From Bacillota bacterium (lineage in GTDB: Bacteria; Bacillota; Dethiobacteria; DTU022): a stretch of DNA of 47,315 nucleotides. The notes under the pieces are model-generated. The model saw only the letters and a list, made by a program, of their open reading frames with translations, ran no database searches and was not told where the DNA came from. The stretch spans positions 1-47,315 of the forward strand of contig JBNJHL010000003.1 in assembly GCA_051748445.1 (NCBI GenBank), read 5' to 3'. The stretch's first letter is position 1; each line of letters starts with the position of its first letter. Shown piece by piece: positions 37,047-45,373 of this stretch. The translations under genes were made by a program, and so were the position numbers.

Positions 37047-37083
37047 ATAAGTTGAAAAGGTGTCAGAGATAAATTCAACTTAT
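37047..37083 (+). other. 10-bp perfect hairpin just after the mgtE stop
   Basis: ATAAGTTGAA (37047-37056) / TTCAACTTAT (37074-37083) with a 17-nt loop. There is no following T-run, so it is not a canonical terminator. Confidence 0.5.
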
Positions 37084-37100
37084 TATAGGTGTACGTTTTG

Positions 37101-37289
37101 CCTGCTGCTTAGTAAACCTGTTCCATCGCAGGCTACGTCAATGATTTATATGCTGGGGTTTTCCGGTTTCCCAAAACAATCGTCTCCTGACTGGATTTTG
37201 GCAGCCTGCATCCGGCAGGCTGACCGTAAAACTCCAGCATCTTCAACGGACGTAGCATCTGCTCTTCCAACGGTTTACTTAGCAGCAGG
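37101..37289 (+). repeat. 189-nt long imperfect inverted repeat / rod-like structured element downstream of mgtE
   Basis: 37101-37118 pairs with 37272-37289 (17/18). 37128-37139 pairs with 37249-37262 (12 bp, 2-nt bulge). 37150-37162 pairs with 37228-37240 (13 bp). 37164-37167 pairs with 37223-37226. Apical hairpins are CCAAAA/TTTTGG and CAGCCTG/CAGGCTG (37202-37208/37216-37222). The two internal loops are about 9x9 and 10x8 nt. Confidence 0.7.
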
Positions 37290-37712
37290 TAAAACTGCCT
37301 TCGCACTTTGTTTTTTTTTAGAATTAAAAACTTGCTACTTAAGCTGCGGGTCCGCACCGTTCTTGCTTCGCTGACAATTAACTGCACTCATTTTGCTTTC
37401 GCACCGGGGTTAAGAAAAAGCCGCTCACTTTCTTCATTGCTGGTATATCGCAAGTATAATAAACTGCAGGTTTCATTATTATGTCCTTAGACAGAAAAGT
37501 CTTTTGCACCTAAGCTAGTTGCTCTTGAATACAAAGTCAAGAAGTTTTTGCCGACTGTATTTCTGGTTCGTTGGAAAAGTATCACCTTGAGCCATCATCC
37601 AGCTTCGGTGTAGAGCTCCTGTTAACGGTGTACGAGCGTAAAGCGAGCCGCATGAAGTAGTCCGCTGAAGGCAAGGCCTGGAGCAGGACGGGCCGCAGGC
37701 GGTGGTCCGCCT

Positions 37713-37741
37713 CACGATGGGTTCCGGATGAACCCATCGTG
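37713..37741. repeat. Perfect 12-bp stem hairpin in a GC-rich island
   Basis: CACGATGGGTTC (37713-37724), loop CGGAT, GAACCCATCGTG (37730-37741). It is preceded by GGCGG-tggt-CCGCC (37699-37712). Confidence 0.7.
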
Positions 37742-37944
37742 AGGGCATCCCGGGCGGAAGGCTGCAGCTGAAACGTTCTACTTCAGCGCACAGCGATCAG
37801 AGAGTAAGCCGTCATCAGAAGCGCGTTGAAGTGTAAAAGTAAATAACTGGCAAAAAAACTGAATTTACTGCATAATTTCCGCTTTTTTTTATATTTTTTT
37901 AAAAAATTAGCAGGAATATGGGAAAAGGGGTTGAATAATAGAGT

Positions 37945-37971
37945 AAAGTGGTGTAAAGTGGAGCAAAGTGG
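37945..37971 (+). promoter_or_regulatory. Three direct AAAGTGG repeats at 10-bp spacing: MraZ-box operator overlapping the dcw promoter
   Basis: AAAGTGG at 37945-37951, 37955-37961 and 37965-37971. Candidate promoter: TTGAAT (37931-37936), 17 nt, TAAAGT (37954-37959). MraZ is known to bind direct GTG-containing repeats upstream of its own gene. Confidence 0.6.
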
Positions 37972-38000
37972 ATGTAGTTGCCCCAGGTGGAGGCGAACAT

Positions 38001-38432
38001 ATGTTTACCGGAGAATTTCAGCATACTTTAGATGGAAAGGGCAGGGTAATTATTCCCTCAAAGCTTCGTGATGGTTTGGGTGACCGTTTTGTTATTACCC
38101 GTGGCCTGGATCAATGCCTTTTTGTTTATCCCAACTCAGAGTGGGTTCGCCTGGAGCAAAAATTGAAGAAACTTCCTTTTACGAAAAGTGATTCCAGGGC
38201 CTTTACGAGGCTGTTTTTTTCCGGAGCAATGGAAGTAGAAGCTGATAAGCAGGGACGCATTTTGATTCCTAACAACCTGCGGGAATACGCTGGCATTGAA
38301 AAAGAGGTTATGTTTATTGGCGTTTCAAACCGGGTTGAGGTGTGGAGCGAAGAAGTCTGGAAGGGTTATTTCGAGCAGGCTAATGAAAACTATGAAGATC
38401 TAGCTGAAAAGCTGGTTGATTTTGATCTATAA
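38001..38432 (+). CDS. mraZ: Transcriptional regulator MraZ
   Basis: MFTGEF.H.LD.KGR..IP, second SpoVT-AbrB repeat DKQGRILIP. ATG 38001 after GGTGGAGG. Confidence 0.92.
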   Translation: MFTGEFQHTLDGKGRVIIPSKLRDGLGDRFVITRGLDQCLFVYPNSEWVRLEQKLKKLPFTKSDSRAFTRLFFSGAMEVEADKQGRILIPNNLREYAGIEKEVMFIGVSNRVEVWSEEVWKGYFEQANENYEDLAEKLVDFDL

Positions 38433-38447
38433 AAGTGAGGTATTGGT

Positions 38448-39383
38448 TTGGTTGAGCTGCATCTGCCGGTCATGGAAAAAGAAGTGCTCCACTACCTTAT
38501 CTGCAATACTGGTGGAGTTTATGTAGATGCGACTGTTGGAGATGGTGGGCACGCAGAAGCGATCTTGAAAAATATAAACACTGAAGGTCACTTAATTGGA
38601 ATAGACTGGGATGAAGATGCCCTGCAAAGGGCAGAAACCAGGTTAAATAAATACAGGAACCAGCTAACGCTTGTGCAAGCAGATTACTCAAAGCTGCAGG
38701 CGGTTTTAAGCGGAGCAGGATTTTCACAGGTCGATGGTATTTTGATTGACCTGGGAGCTTCAACCCTTCAGTTGATGGATGCAGATAGAGGTTTTTCGTT
38801 TCACCACACAGGCAATTTGGACATGCGCATGGATCGTCGCCGTTCTTTGACAGCTAAAGAGATTGTTAATCATTATTCCGCTGACCAGTTGGCCGAAATA
38901 TTTTTTCGCTTTGGGGAAGAGCGATTTTCCAGGCGTATTGCAGCCAGAATAGTACGTGAACGTGAGAAAATAAATTCAATTAATAGCAGCAGTGAGCTTG
39001 CTGAAATAGTCAAAGCAGCTGTGCCGGCTCGTTTTCGAAGGCACGGCGGACATCCTGCCCGCAGGGTTTTTCAGGCTTTGCGTCTTGTCGTTAACCAGGA
39101 GCTTGAAAACATTACTGCTGTGCTGCCCCAGGCGGTGGAAAGCCTGGCGGCAAAAGGAAGACTATCTGTAATTGCTTATCATTCCCTGGAAGATCGTCTT
39201 GTAAAAAGATTTTTTCGTGAAAAATCAGGGCATTGCAGCTGCCCTCCGAACATGCCTTGTGTTTGCCGGTCTAAAGCAGAATTAAGGGTATTAACCGGCA
39301 AAGCTGTAAAACCGACAGAAAAAGAAGTTGAAAGTAACCCCAGGGCACGCAGTGCAAGGCTAAGAGCTGCTGAAAAGATATAA
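38448..39383 (+). CDS. rsmH: 16S rRNA (cytosine1402-N4)-methyltransferase RsmH
   Basis: HLPVM..E, DATVGDGGH, DLGASTLQ, SYHSLEDR-like, NPRARSA motifs. Confidence 0.92.
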   Translation: MVELHLPVMEKEVLHYLICNTGGVYVDATVGDGGHAEAILKNINTEGHLIGIDWDEDALQRAETRLNKYRNQLTLVQADYSKLQAVLSGAGFSQVDGILIDLGASTLQLMDADRGFSFHHTGNLDMRMDRRRSLTAKEIVNHYSADQLAEIFFRFGEERFSRRIAARIVREREKINSINSSSELAEIVKAAVPARFRRHGGHPARRVFQALRLVVNQELENITAVLPQAVESLAAKGRLSVIAYHSLEDRLVKRFFREKSGHCSCPPNMPCVCRSKAELRVLTGKAVKPTEKEVESNPRARSARLRAAEKI

Positions 39384-39411
39384 ACAAGCTGAGCGGAAAG
39401 AAGGTGAGAAA

Positions 39412-39801
39412 ATGCAGCATGCCAGAAAACTGGGCTACATGAATCGCCCGGATACCATCACTCAACCGAACAGTAAACCTGTTGCCAGGCCGCTTCCCGG
39501 GTCATTGTTAAAAAAAGTTAAACTCTTATCTATCCTGTTAACTTGTTTTGTGCTCAGTATCACTGTAGTTGCCCAGTATTCATCGATGGTAGTTATGAAT
39601 TATCAATTGAGCAGTACCCGCACGGAACTGGCCGAAGTCCGAGAAGCAACCCGATTGCTGGAGTTAGAAGCAGCTCAGCTCGGAACAATAGGGAGAATTG
39701 AGCAAGTAGCCCGTGATGAACTTGGTATGGTTGATCCGGAACTGAATCAGTTAAAAGTAGTATCCGCTAATAGAGAGATAGTGAACAGGCAGGGAGAGTG
39801 A
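39412..39801 (+). CDS. ftsL: Cell division protein FtsL
   Basis: Single TM helix followed by a coiled-coil, and the conserved position between rsmH and the PBP gene. Confidence 0.75.
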   Translation: MQHARKLGYMNRPDTITQPNSKPVARPLPGSLLKKVKLLSILLTCFVLSITVVAQYSSMVVMNYQLSSTRTELAEVREATRLLELEAAQLGTIGRIEQVARDELGMVDPELNQLKVVSANREIVNRQGE

Positions 39802-39806
39802 AGTTT

Positions 39807-41573
39807 ATGGCGGAATTTCCAGTGACCAGGGCTATTGTTCGGAAAAGATTAATGGGTATATTTATTCTTACAGTTCTTGTAACCTTGCTTTTAATCAGCA
39901 GGTTGGCCTGGATTCAGATAGTTCAAGCAGATCAGCTCTATGAGCAGGCCTGGGAACAATGGAACCACAACGTACCTATTAGCACAGCCCGGGGTTCGAT
40001 CTATGACAACCAGGGCAGGCTGCTTGCGGGAAGCAAATCAGTATTTACAGTTGCAGCCATACCTCCGCAGCTTGATGATCCTGGGGCGGTTGCAGAGGCC
40101 CTGGCGCCCGTACTGGAAATGGACGCTCAAGATATATACGAGTTGATCACCTTAGAGCGGAGCGCTGTTTATGTAAAACGAAAAGTCGATCCGGACGTTT
40201 CGGAGTCAGTCAGGGAAATGAATATACCGGGCATAATATTTTTTAACGAAGAGAAACGTTATTATCCCGGTGAAAATATGGCCTCACAAATAATTGGTTT
40301 TGTAGGAATGGATCAGGGATTGGCCGGCCTGGAAGTCTATTATGATGACTATTTAAGTGGAAGCGAAGGAAGATTATTATATCCGGCTGACGGCAGGGGC
40401 AAGCAGTTACCGCATACTTTCAGTCGCTATACCTTACCGCAGCAAGGATACGATTTACACCTGGCAATTGATGAATCAATTCAACACATTGTAGAAAGGG
40501 AGTTGACCCGGGTAATGGAGAATTCTGCTCCAAGTCAGGTTATGGCCCTGGCCCTGGATCCAAATAGCGGTGCCGTGCTGGCAGCTGCATCGAAGCCAGA
40601 TTATAATCCGGGGAATTATGAATTATATGACCCGGAAAGCTGGCCTCTTGCTCCGGTTACATCATCTTTTGAACCCGGCTCCACCCTTAAGATGGTTACT
40701 GTAGCTGCAGTAGTTGAAGAAGGACTTTTTAACCCTGATGAGGTTTATCACTGTTCCGGCCATACTACTGTAAATGGAACCCGTATTAATTGCTGGACAG
40801 TAGACCGCGGCGGTCATGGTGATATCACCTTTTTTGAAGCGGTTGGCGGTTCCTGTAATACCGCTTTTGTGGAACTTGGCCAAAGGCTTGGCAAAGAAAA
40901 GCTTTACCAGTATCTAAATGCTTTCGGGTTTGGCCAGGTTACTGGTATTGACTACCCGGGTGAAAGCAGCGGCGTGATTTTTGATCCTGAACAGGTCGGT
41001 CCAGTGGAACTGGCAACAACTACTTTTGGTCAGGGTATAACAGTTACACCGATTCAGCAGGTTATGGCAGTTACAGCCATGATCAATGGGGGCTACCTGT
41101 ATAAACCATATTTTGTAGAGGAAATATCTGATCAGGATGGTCGTTCAGTGATAAGCAGAGAGCCCGAGTTGGTCAGGCAGGTTATATCGGAGGAAACTTC
41201 GGCGCAGCTGGTTGAAATAATGGAAAGTGTCATCCTGGACGGTACCGGTCATGCTGCTGCAATCGAAGGTTACAGGGTGGCCGGTAAGACCGGAACCGCA
41301 GAAAAGCTTGACGGAAGTAGTAGTTACAGCGATAGTGATTATATTTACTCACTGCTTGGCTTTGCCCCGGTTGAAAATCCGGAGCTGGTTTTATACGTAG
41401 CTGTTGATGGTGTTACAAGGGGGCCTCGAATGGGGGTGCATACCAGCGCCCCGTTATTTAAAAATATCATGGAAGATAGTCTTAATTACTTACAGATAAG
41501 GCCGTCATTAACTCCTGATGATGAAGATAGCGAAGATGAGGAATATGAAGATGAAGAATATGGAGAAGAATAA
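39807..41573 (+). CDS. ftsI: Class B penicillin-binding protein (FtsI/SpoVD/PBP2B type) with an acidic C-terminal tail
   Basis: PBP dimerisation domain, then transpeptidase motifs (STLK as GSTLKM, SCN, KTGT). Tail DDEDSEDEEYEDEEYGEE. ATG 39807 (GTG 39798 is an alternative). Confidence 0.88.
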   Translation: MAEFPVTRAIVRKRLMGIFILTVLVTLLLISRLAWIQIVQADQLYEQAWEQWNHNVPISTARGSIYDNQGRLLAGSKSVFTVAAIPPQLDDPGAVAEALAPVLEMDAQDIYELITLERSAVYVKRKVDPDVSESVREMNIPGIIFFNEEKRYYPGENMASQIIGFVGMDQGLAGLEVYYDDYLSGSEGRLLYPADGRGKQLPHTFSRYTLPQQGYDLHLAIDESIQHIVERELTRVMENSAPSQVMALALDPNSGAVLAAASKPDYNPGNYELYDPESWPLAPVTSSFEPGSTLKMVTVAAVVEEGLFNPDEVYHCSGHTTVNGTRINCWTVDRGGHGDITFFEAVGGSCNTAFVELGQRLGKEKLYQYLNAFGFGQVTGIDYPGESSGVIFDPEQVGPVELATTTFGQGITVTPIQQVMAVTAMINGGYLYKPYFVEEISDQDGRSVISREPELVRQVISEETSAQLVEIMESVILDGTGHAAAIEGYRVAGKTGTAEKLDGSSSYSDSDYIYSLLGFAPVENPELVLYVAVDGVTRGPRMGVHTSAPLFKNIMEDSLNYLQIRPSLTPDDEDSEDEEYEDEEYGEE

Positions 41574-41588
41574 TGAGGAGGAAGTAAC

Positions 41589-42980
41589 TTGAAACTGAGG
41601 GGAAGCGAAATAGTCACAGCCTGCAAAGGCGAGTTGCTCCAGGGTAATCCTGAAAAGCAGCTATCTGGCGTCGCTATTGATTCACGAGAAGTAAAAACCG
41701 GTGACCTTTTTATTCCCTTCATTGGTGAACATACCGACGGTCACCTTTATCTAAAGCAGGCACTTGATGCCGGGGCGGCCGGTGCTTTTCATCACCTGGA
41801 TAAACCGGTAAGCCATCAGCTGCCTGAAGACTTTCTCTTAATCGGGGTAAAAGATTCTTTAACAGCTCTTCAGCAGCTGGCTGCTTCATACCGGAAGCAA
41901 TTTGACTTACAGGTTATTGGCGTTACTGGAAGCAGTGGCAAGACCACTACCAAGGACTTCATTGCCGGGGTGCTTTCGACTGAATATAAAGTTTTGAAAA
42001 CAACTGGTAACCTGAACAATGAGATTGGGTTGCCGTTAACCATATTGCAACTTGAACAAAATCACCAGGTTGCTGTGCTCGAAATGGGCATGACTGCTCC
42101 CGGTGAAATCATGACCCTGTGCAAGATAGCCAGGCCGACGATTGGCGTGATTACCAACATTGGGGAAGCGCATATTGAACAGCTTGGTTCGATTGAAGCT
42201 ATTGCCAGGGCAAAAGGAGAATTACTTGATTACCTCGGCTCAGGCGGGGTAGCCGTTTTGAACGGTGATGATCCCCGCCTCCTTGAAGTCAGAAAACGCT
42301 ACCCGGGGAAAGCATTTTATTATGGCTTTAACCAGGGCGATATAAAAGGCTTAAAGTTGTCTCATAGGGGAGAAAATAGCTTTTTCCGGGTGCGTTTTCC
42401 TGATAAATCGGAAGGGTGGTTCCAATCGCCTCTTCCTGGACGTGAGTCTGCCGGCAATGCCCTGGCGGCTCTCACAGTCGGCTACATCCTAGGGTTGTCC
42501 CTGCCGCAAATAGAAAAAGGACTCGCAACAAGCGAAGCCACGGCAGGGCGGCTCCAGGTATTAAGGGATCAAGAGGGCATGGCAATAATAGATGATACCT
42601 ACAACGCCAACCCCAGTTCGGTTCAGGCAGCAATCAATGTGCTTGTGGAGCTGGGTGGAAATAGAAGTGTTGCTGTGCTTGGTGACATGCTTGAGCTGGG
42701 AAGTATTGCTGAGGAGGCACACAGAGCGGTAGGGCGTATTGTCGCAGAAAGTGGTATTGCTTTTCTGGTTACTGTAGGGGAGATGACCCATCTCAGTGCC
42801 GAAGAAGCTAAAAAAGCCGGGATGAAAGTGTTCCACTGCGCAAACCATCAAGAAGCACTGGAAGTGTTGGGAAAGCTGAACCTGAAAAAAGACTGGCATG
42901 TCCTGGTAAAAGGTTCCCGCGGTATGCAGATGGAAAAAATAGTTCAGGCACTTATCCAGGCGAAAGGAGCAGGGGAATAA
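41589..42980 (+). CDS. murF: UDP-N-acetylmuramoyl-tripeptide--D-alanyl-D-alanine ligase
   Basis: GVTGSSGKTTTK, NNEIGLPLT, DDTYNANP motifs identify MurF rather than MurE. TTG start after AGGAGG. Confidence 0.88.
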   Translation: MKLRGSEIVTACKGELLQGNPEKQLSGVAIDSREVKTGDLFIPFIGEHTDGHLYLKQALDAGAAGAFHHLDKPVSHQLPEDFLLIGVKDSLTALQQLAASYRKQFDLQVIGVTGSSGKTTTKDFIAGVLSTEYKVLKTTGNLNNEIGLPLTILQLEQNHQVAVLEMGMTAPGEIMTLCKIARPTIGVITNIGEAHIEQLGSIEAIARAKGELLDYLGSGGVAVLNGDDPRLLEVRKRYPGKAFYYGFNQGDIKGLKLSHRGENSFFRVRFPDKSEGWFQSPLPGRESAGNALAALTVGYILGLSLPQIEKGLATSEATAGRLQVLRDQEGMAIIDDTYNANPSSVQAAINVLVELGGNRSVAVLGDMLELGSIAEEAHRAVGRIVAESGIAFLVTVGEMTHLSAEEAKKAGMKVFHCANHQEALEVLGKLNLKKDWHVLVKGSRGMQMEKIVQALIQAKGAGE

Positions 42981-43948
42981 TGGGTATCCATGTAGCAGCT
43001 ACCCTGATATTAACATTTCTTATCACAATTATTTCCTATCCATTATTCATTAAACGTATGCGGTTGCTGCAATACGGTCAACAGATCAGGGAAGACGGCC
43101 CTTCCAGTCACTCGCAAAAGGCTGGAACCCCTACCATGGGTGGCGTAGTATTTGTTATTGCTGCGACCCTGGTCAGTATTATCTTCAAAGGACAATACAC
43201 ACTGATCTATGCTTTACTGCTGGTAATGCTGGGTTGTGGATTACTCGGATTCCTTGATGACTACTTTAAAGTAGTGTATCAGCGATCCCTTGGATTAAAA
43301 GCGCGCTCCAAGCTGGCCGGTCAAGTTATCACTGCAATTATTTTTCTTTTAATTTTGAACCAGTTTAACATTTATTCATCGATAATAATTTTGCCTTTTA
43401 CAGCAATCACCTTTGATCTGGGATATTTTTATCCGCTATTTGTCTTTTTAATTGTCACTTCTGCCACTAATGCTGTCAACCTGACCGACGGTGTCGATGG
43501 CCTGGCTGCAGGGACAGCGGTCATGGCTTTGAGCGCTTACATTTATATTGCCTGGCTTACAGGAAAACCAGAAGCGGCTGTCTTTGCAGCGTCTCTGGCT
43601 GGAGGCTGCCTGGGATTTTTATTATACAACCGCAATCCAGCCAAAGTATTTATGGGAGATGCCGGTTCTCTTGCACTCGGCGGCGCCTTTGCTGCACTGG
43701 CAATTTTGACCAAGAGCGAAATGCTGCTAATCATTATTGGCGGTGTATTTGTGATAGAGACTTTATCAGTAATTGCGCAGGTGGCAAGTTTTCAACTTTT
43801 TGGCCGACGTATTTTCAGGATGAGCCCTCTGCATCATCATTTTGAATTAACGGGATGGTCGGAATGGCAAGTTGCTAAAATGTTTTGGGCTGCGGCGGCA
43901 GCCTTTGCTGTTTTGGGAATGTTTGCTTATAATCTTCAGGGCAGTTAA
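42980..43948 (+). CDS. mraY: Phospho-N-acetylmuramoyl-pentapeptide transferase
   Basis: K.GTPTMGG, NAVNLTDGVDGLA, GD.GSL.LG, HHHFE motifs. TAATG overlap with murF. Confidence 0.93.
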   Translation: MGIHVAATLILTFLITIISYPLFIKRMRLLQYGQQIREDGPSSHSQKAGTPTMGGVVFVIAATLVSIIFKGQYTLIYALLLVMLGCGLLGFLDDYFKVVYQRSLGLKARSKLAGQVITAIIFLLILNQFNIYSSIIILPFTAITFDLGYFYPLFVFLIVTSATNAVNLTDGVDGLAAGTAVMALSAYIYIAWLTGKPEAAVFAASLAGGCLGFLLYNRNPAKVFMGDAGSLALGGAFAALAILTKSEMLLIIIGGVFVIETLSVIAQVASFQLFGRRIFRMSPLHHHFELTGWSEWQVAKMFWAAAAAFAVLGMFAYNLQGS

Positions 43949-43966
43949 TACTTCGGAGGTAATACC

Positions 43967-45373
43967 TTGATAGAGCAGATTAAAGGTAAAAAAATTATGG
44001 TAGTTGGGATGGCTCGCAGCGGCCTGGCAGCAGTGGAACTGCTGAGCAGGGAAGGTGCGGCTAAAATAACGGTTACCGATCAAAAACAACCTGAACAGCT
44101 CGAAAATGAACTGCTTAAACTGAAGCGCTATAGTAATATTGAAACGATATGCGGCAGTAATCCCGAAGAACATGTTACCTCTGGTTTGTCCATGATTGTA
44201 AAGAGCCCCGGGGTGCCGCCCGGACTGGAGATGTTTAAAAGAGCAGAAAAATTTGAAATACCGGTGATTTCAGAAGTTGAGCTGGCTTATGCCTTTATCA
44301 GGGCACCTATTATAGGCATTACCGGTACCAACGGTAAAACCACCGTGACTGCTCTGGTAAAGGAAATATTGAAGGAAGCACGGATCGAACCGGTGGTGGC
44401 AGCAGGCAACATTGGAAATCCATTGTCCGGGGTGGTTGGTAAAATTAGTGCTCAGGGTGCCGTTGTCGCTGAGGTAAGCAGCTTTCAACTCGAAAACATT
44501 CAAAAATTCCGTCCTGCTGTGGCAGTATTTCTTAATTTTGCCGAGGATCATCTTGATTATCACGGCAGCATTGAAAAGTATTTCCAGGCGAAGGTCAGAA
44601 TATTTGAAAACCAGGGCCAGGCAGATTTTGCAGTACTCAATGCAGCTGAGCCCCGGGTAGCAGAATTATCCGCTCAGCTTCGGGCCAGAATTCTCTGGTT
44701 CAACGCAGCTCCAGTTGAAACAGGGTTTGGCGTGGAAAATGGTCTGGTCAGCCTTTATAAAGACGGATATAAGGTTATTGATGTCTGCCTGGTATCAGAG
44801 ATTGCTCTGCCAGGTGCGCATAACCTTGCAAATACCTTGGCTGCATCGACTGCTGCCTGGGCGATGGGCGCGGATCCGGAGTCGATTGCAATGGTATTAA
44901 AAAGTTTTAAAGCCATAGAGCATCGTCTTGAATATGTAGCAACCATAAATGGTGTCGACTATGTTAACGATTCAAAAGGAACCAATCCTGGAGCGGCGAT
45001 GAAAGCCCTGCTGTCTTTCCCGGGGCGTAAAAAGATCCTTATTGCCGGTGGTAAAGAAAAGGGCAGTGATTTTAGCGAACTGGCGGCTCTCTTAAAAAAA
45101 GAAGTGCGGCTGATGCTTTTAATTGGTGAAACCAGCGACAAGTTGGCTGATGCTGCAGAGCAAGCCAGCTTCAGCAATTATTGTAAACTCGGAAGCCTGG
45201 AAGATGCAGTTGCCGAAGCACGCAAAGAAGCACAACCCGGAGAAGTAGTTTTGCTTTCGCCAGCCTGTGCCAGCTGGGATATGTTTGCGGATTATGAAGC
45301 CAGGGGCAGATTATTTAAAAAACTGATTCTGGGTTTAACCAGGTTGACAGGCGGAAACGGAGGTGACAGCTGA
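43967..45373 (+). CDS. murD: UDP-N-acetylmuramoylalanine--D-glutamate ligase
   Basis: GMARSG, ITGTNGKTT, DSKGTNP motifs. TTG start after GGAGG. Confidence 0.9.
   Translation: MIEQIKGKKIMVVGMARSGLAAVELLSREGAAKITVTDQKQPEQLENELLKLKRYSNIETICGSNPEEHVTSGLSMIVKSPGVPPGLEMFKRAEKFEIPVISEVELAYAFIRAPIIGITGTNGKTTVTALVKEILKEARIEPVVAAGNIGNPLSGVVGKISAQGAVVAEVSSFQLENIQKFRPAVAVFLNFAEDHLDYHGSIEKYFQAKVRIFENQGQADFAVLNAAEPRVAELSAQLRARILWFNAAPVETGFGVENGLVSLYKDGYKVIDVCLVSEIALPGAHNLANTLAASTAAWAMGADPESIAMVLKSFKAIEHRLEYVATINGVDYVNDSKGTNPGAAMKALLSFPGRKKILIAGGKEKGSDFSELAALLKKEVRLMLLIGETSDKLADAAEQASFSNYCKLGSLEDAVAEARKEAQPGEVVLLSPACASWDMFADYEARGRLFKKLILGLTRLTGGNGGDS

Noticed and set aside
37060-37748. ORFs 37060-37374 (+, 104 aa) and 37515-37748 (-, 77 aa) as real genes
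   Set aside because: Neither has an SD or recognisable motifs, and both are built from the arms of the long hairpins. Their amino-acid composition (Cys/Arg/Ser/Thr/Pro-rich) looks like translated structured RNA or DNA.
37560-37830. Group II intron remnant, SRP RNA, tmRNA or RNase P RNA in the GC-rich block
   Set aside because: No GUGYG 5' end and no domain V (GAGCCGUAU...GAAA...AUACGGUUC-type hairpin). No RNase P GAGGAAAGUCC and no tmRNA tRNA-like end. CCGGGCGGAAGGCTGCAGC only superficially resembles the SRP GGAA-tetraloop region. Left as unknown.
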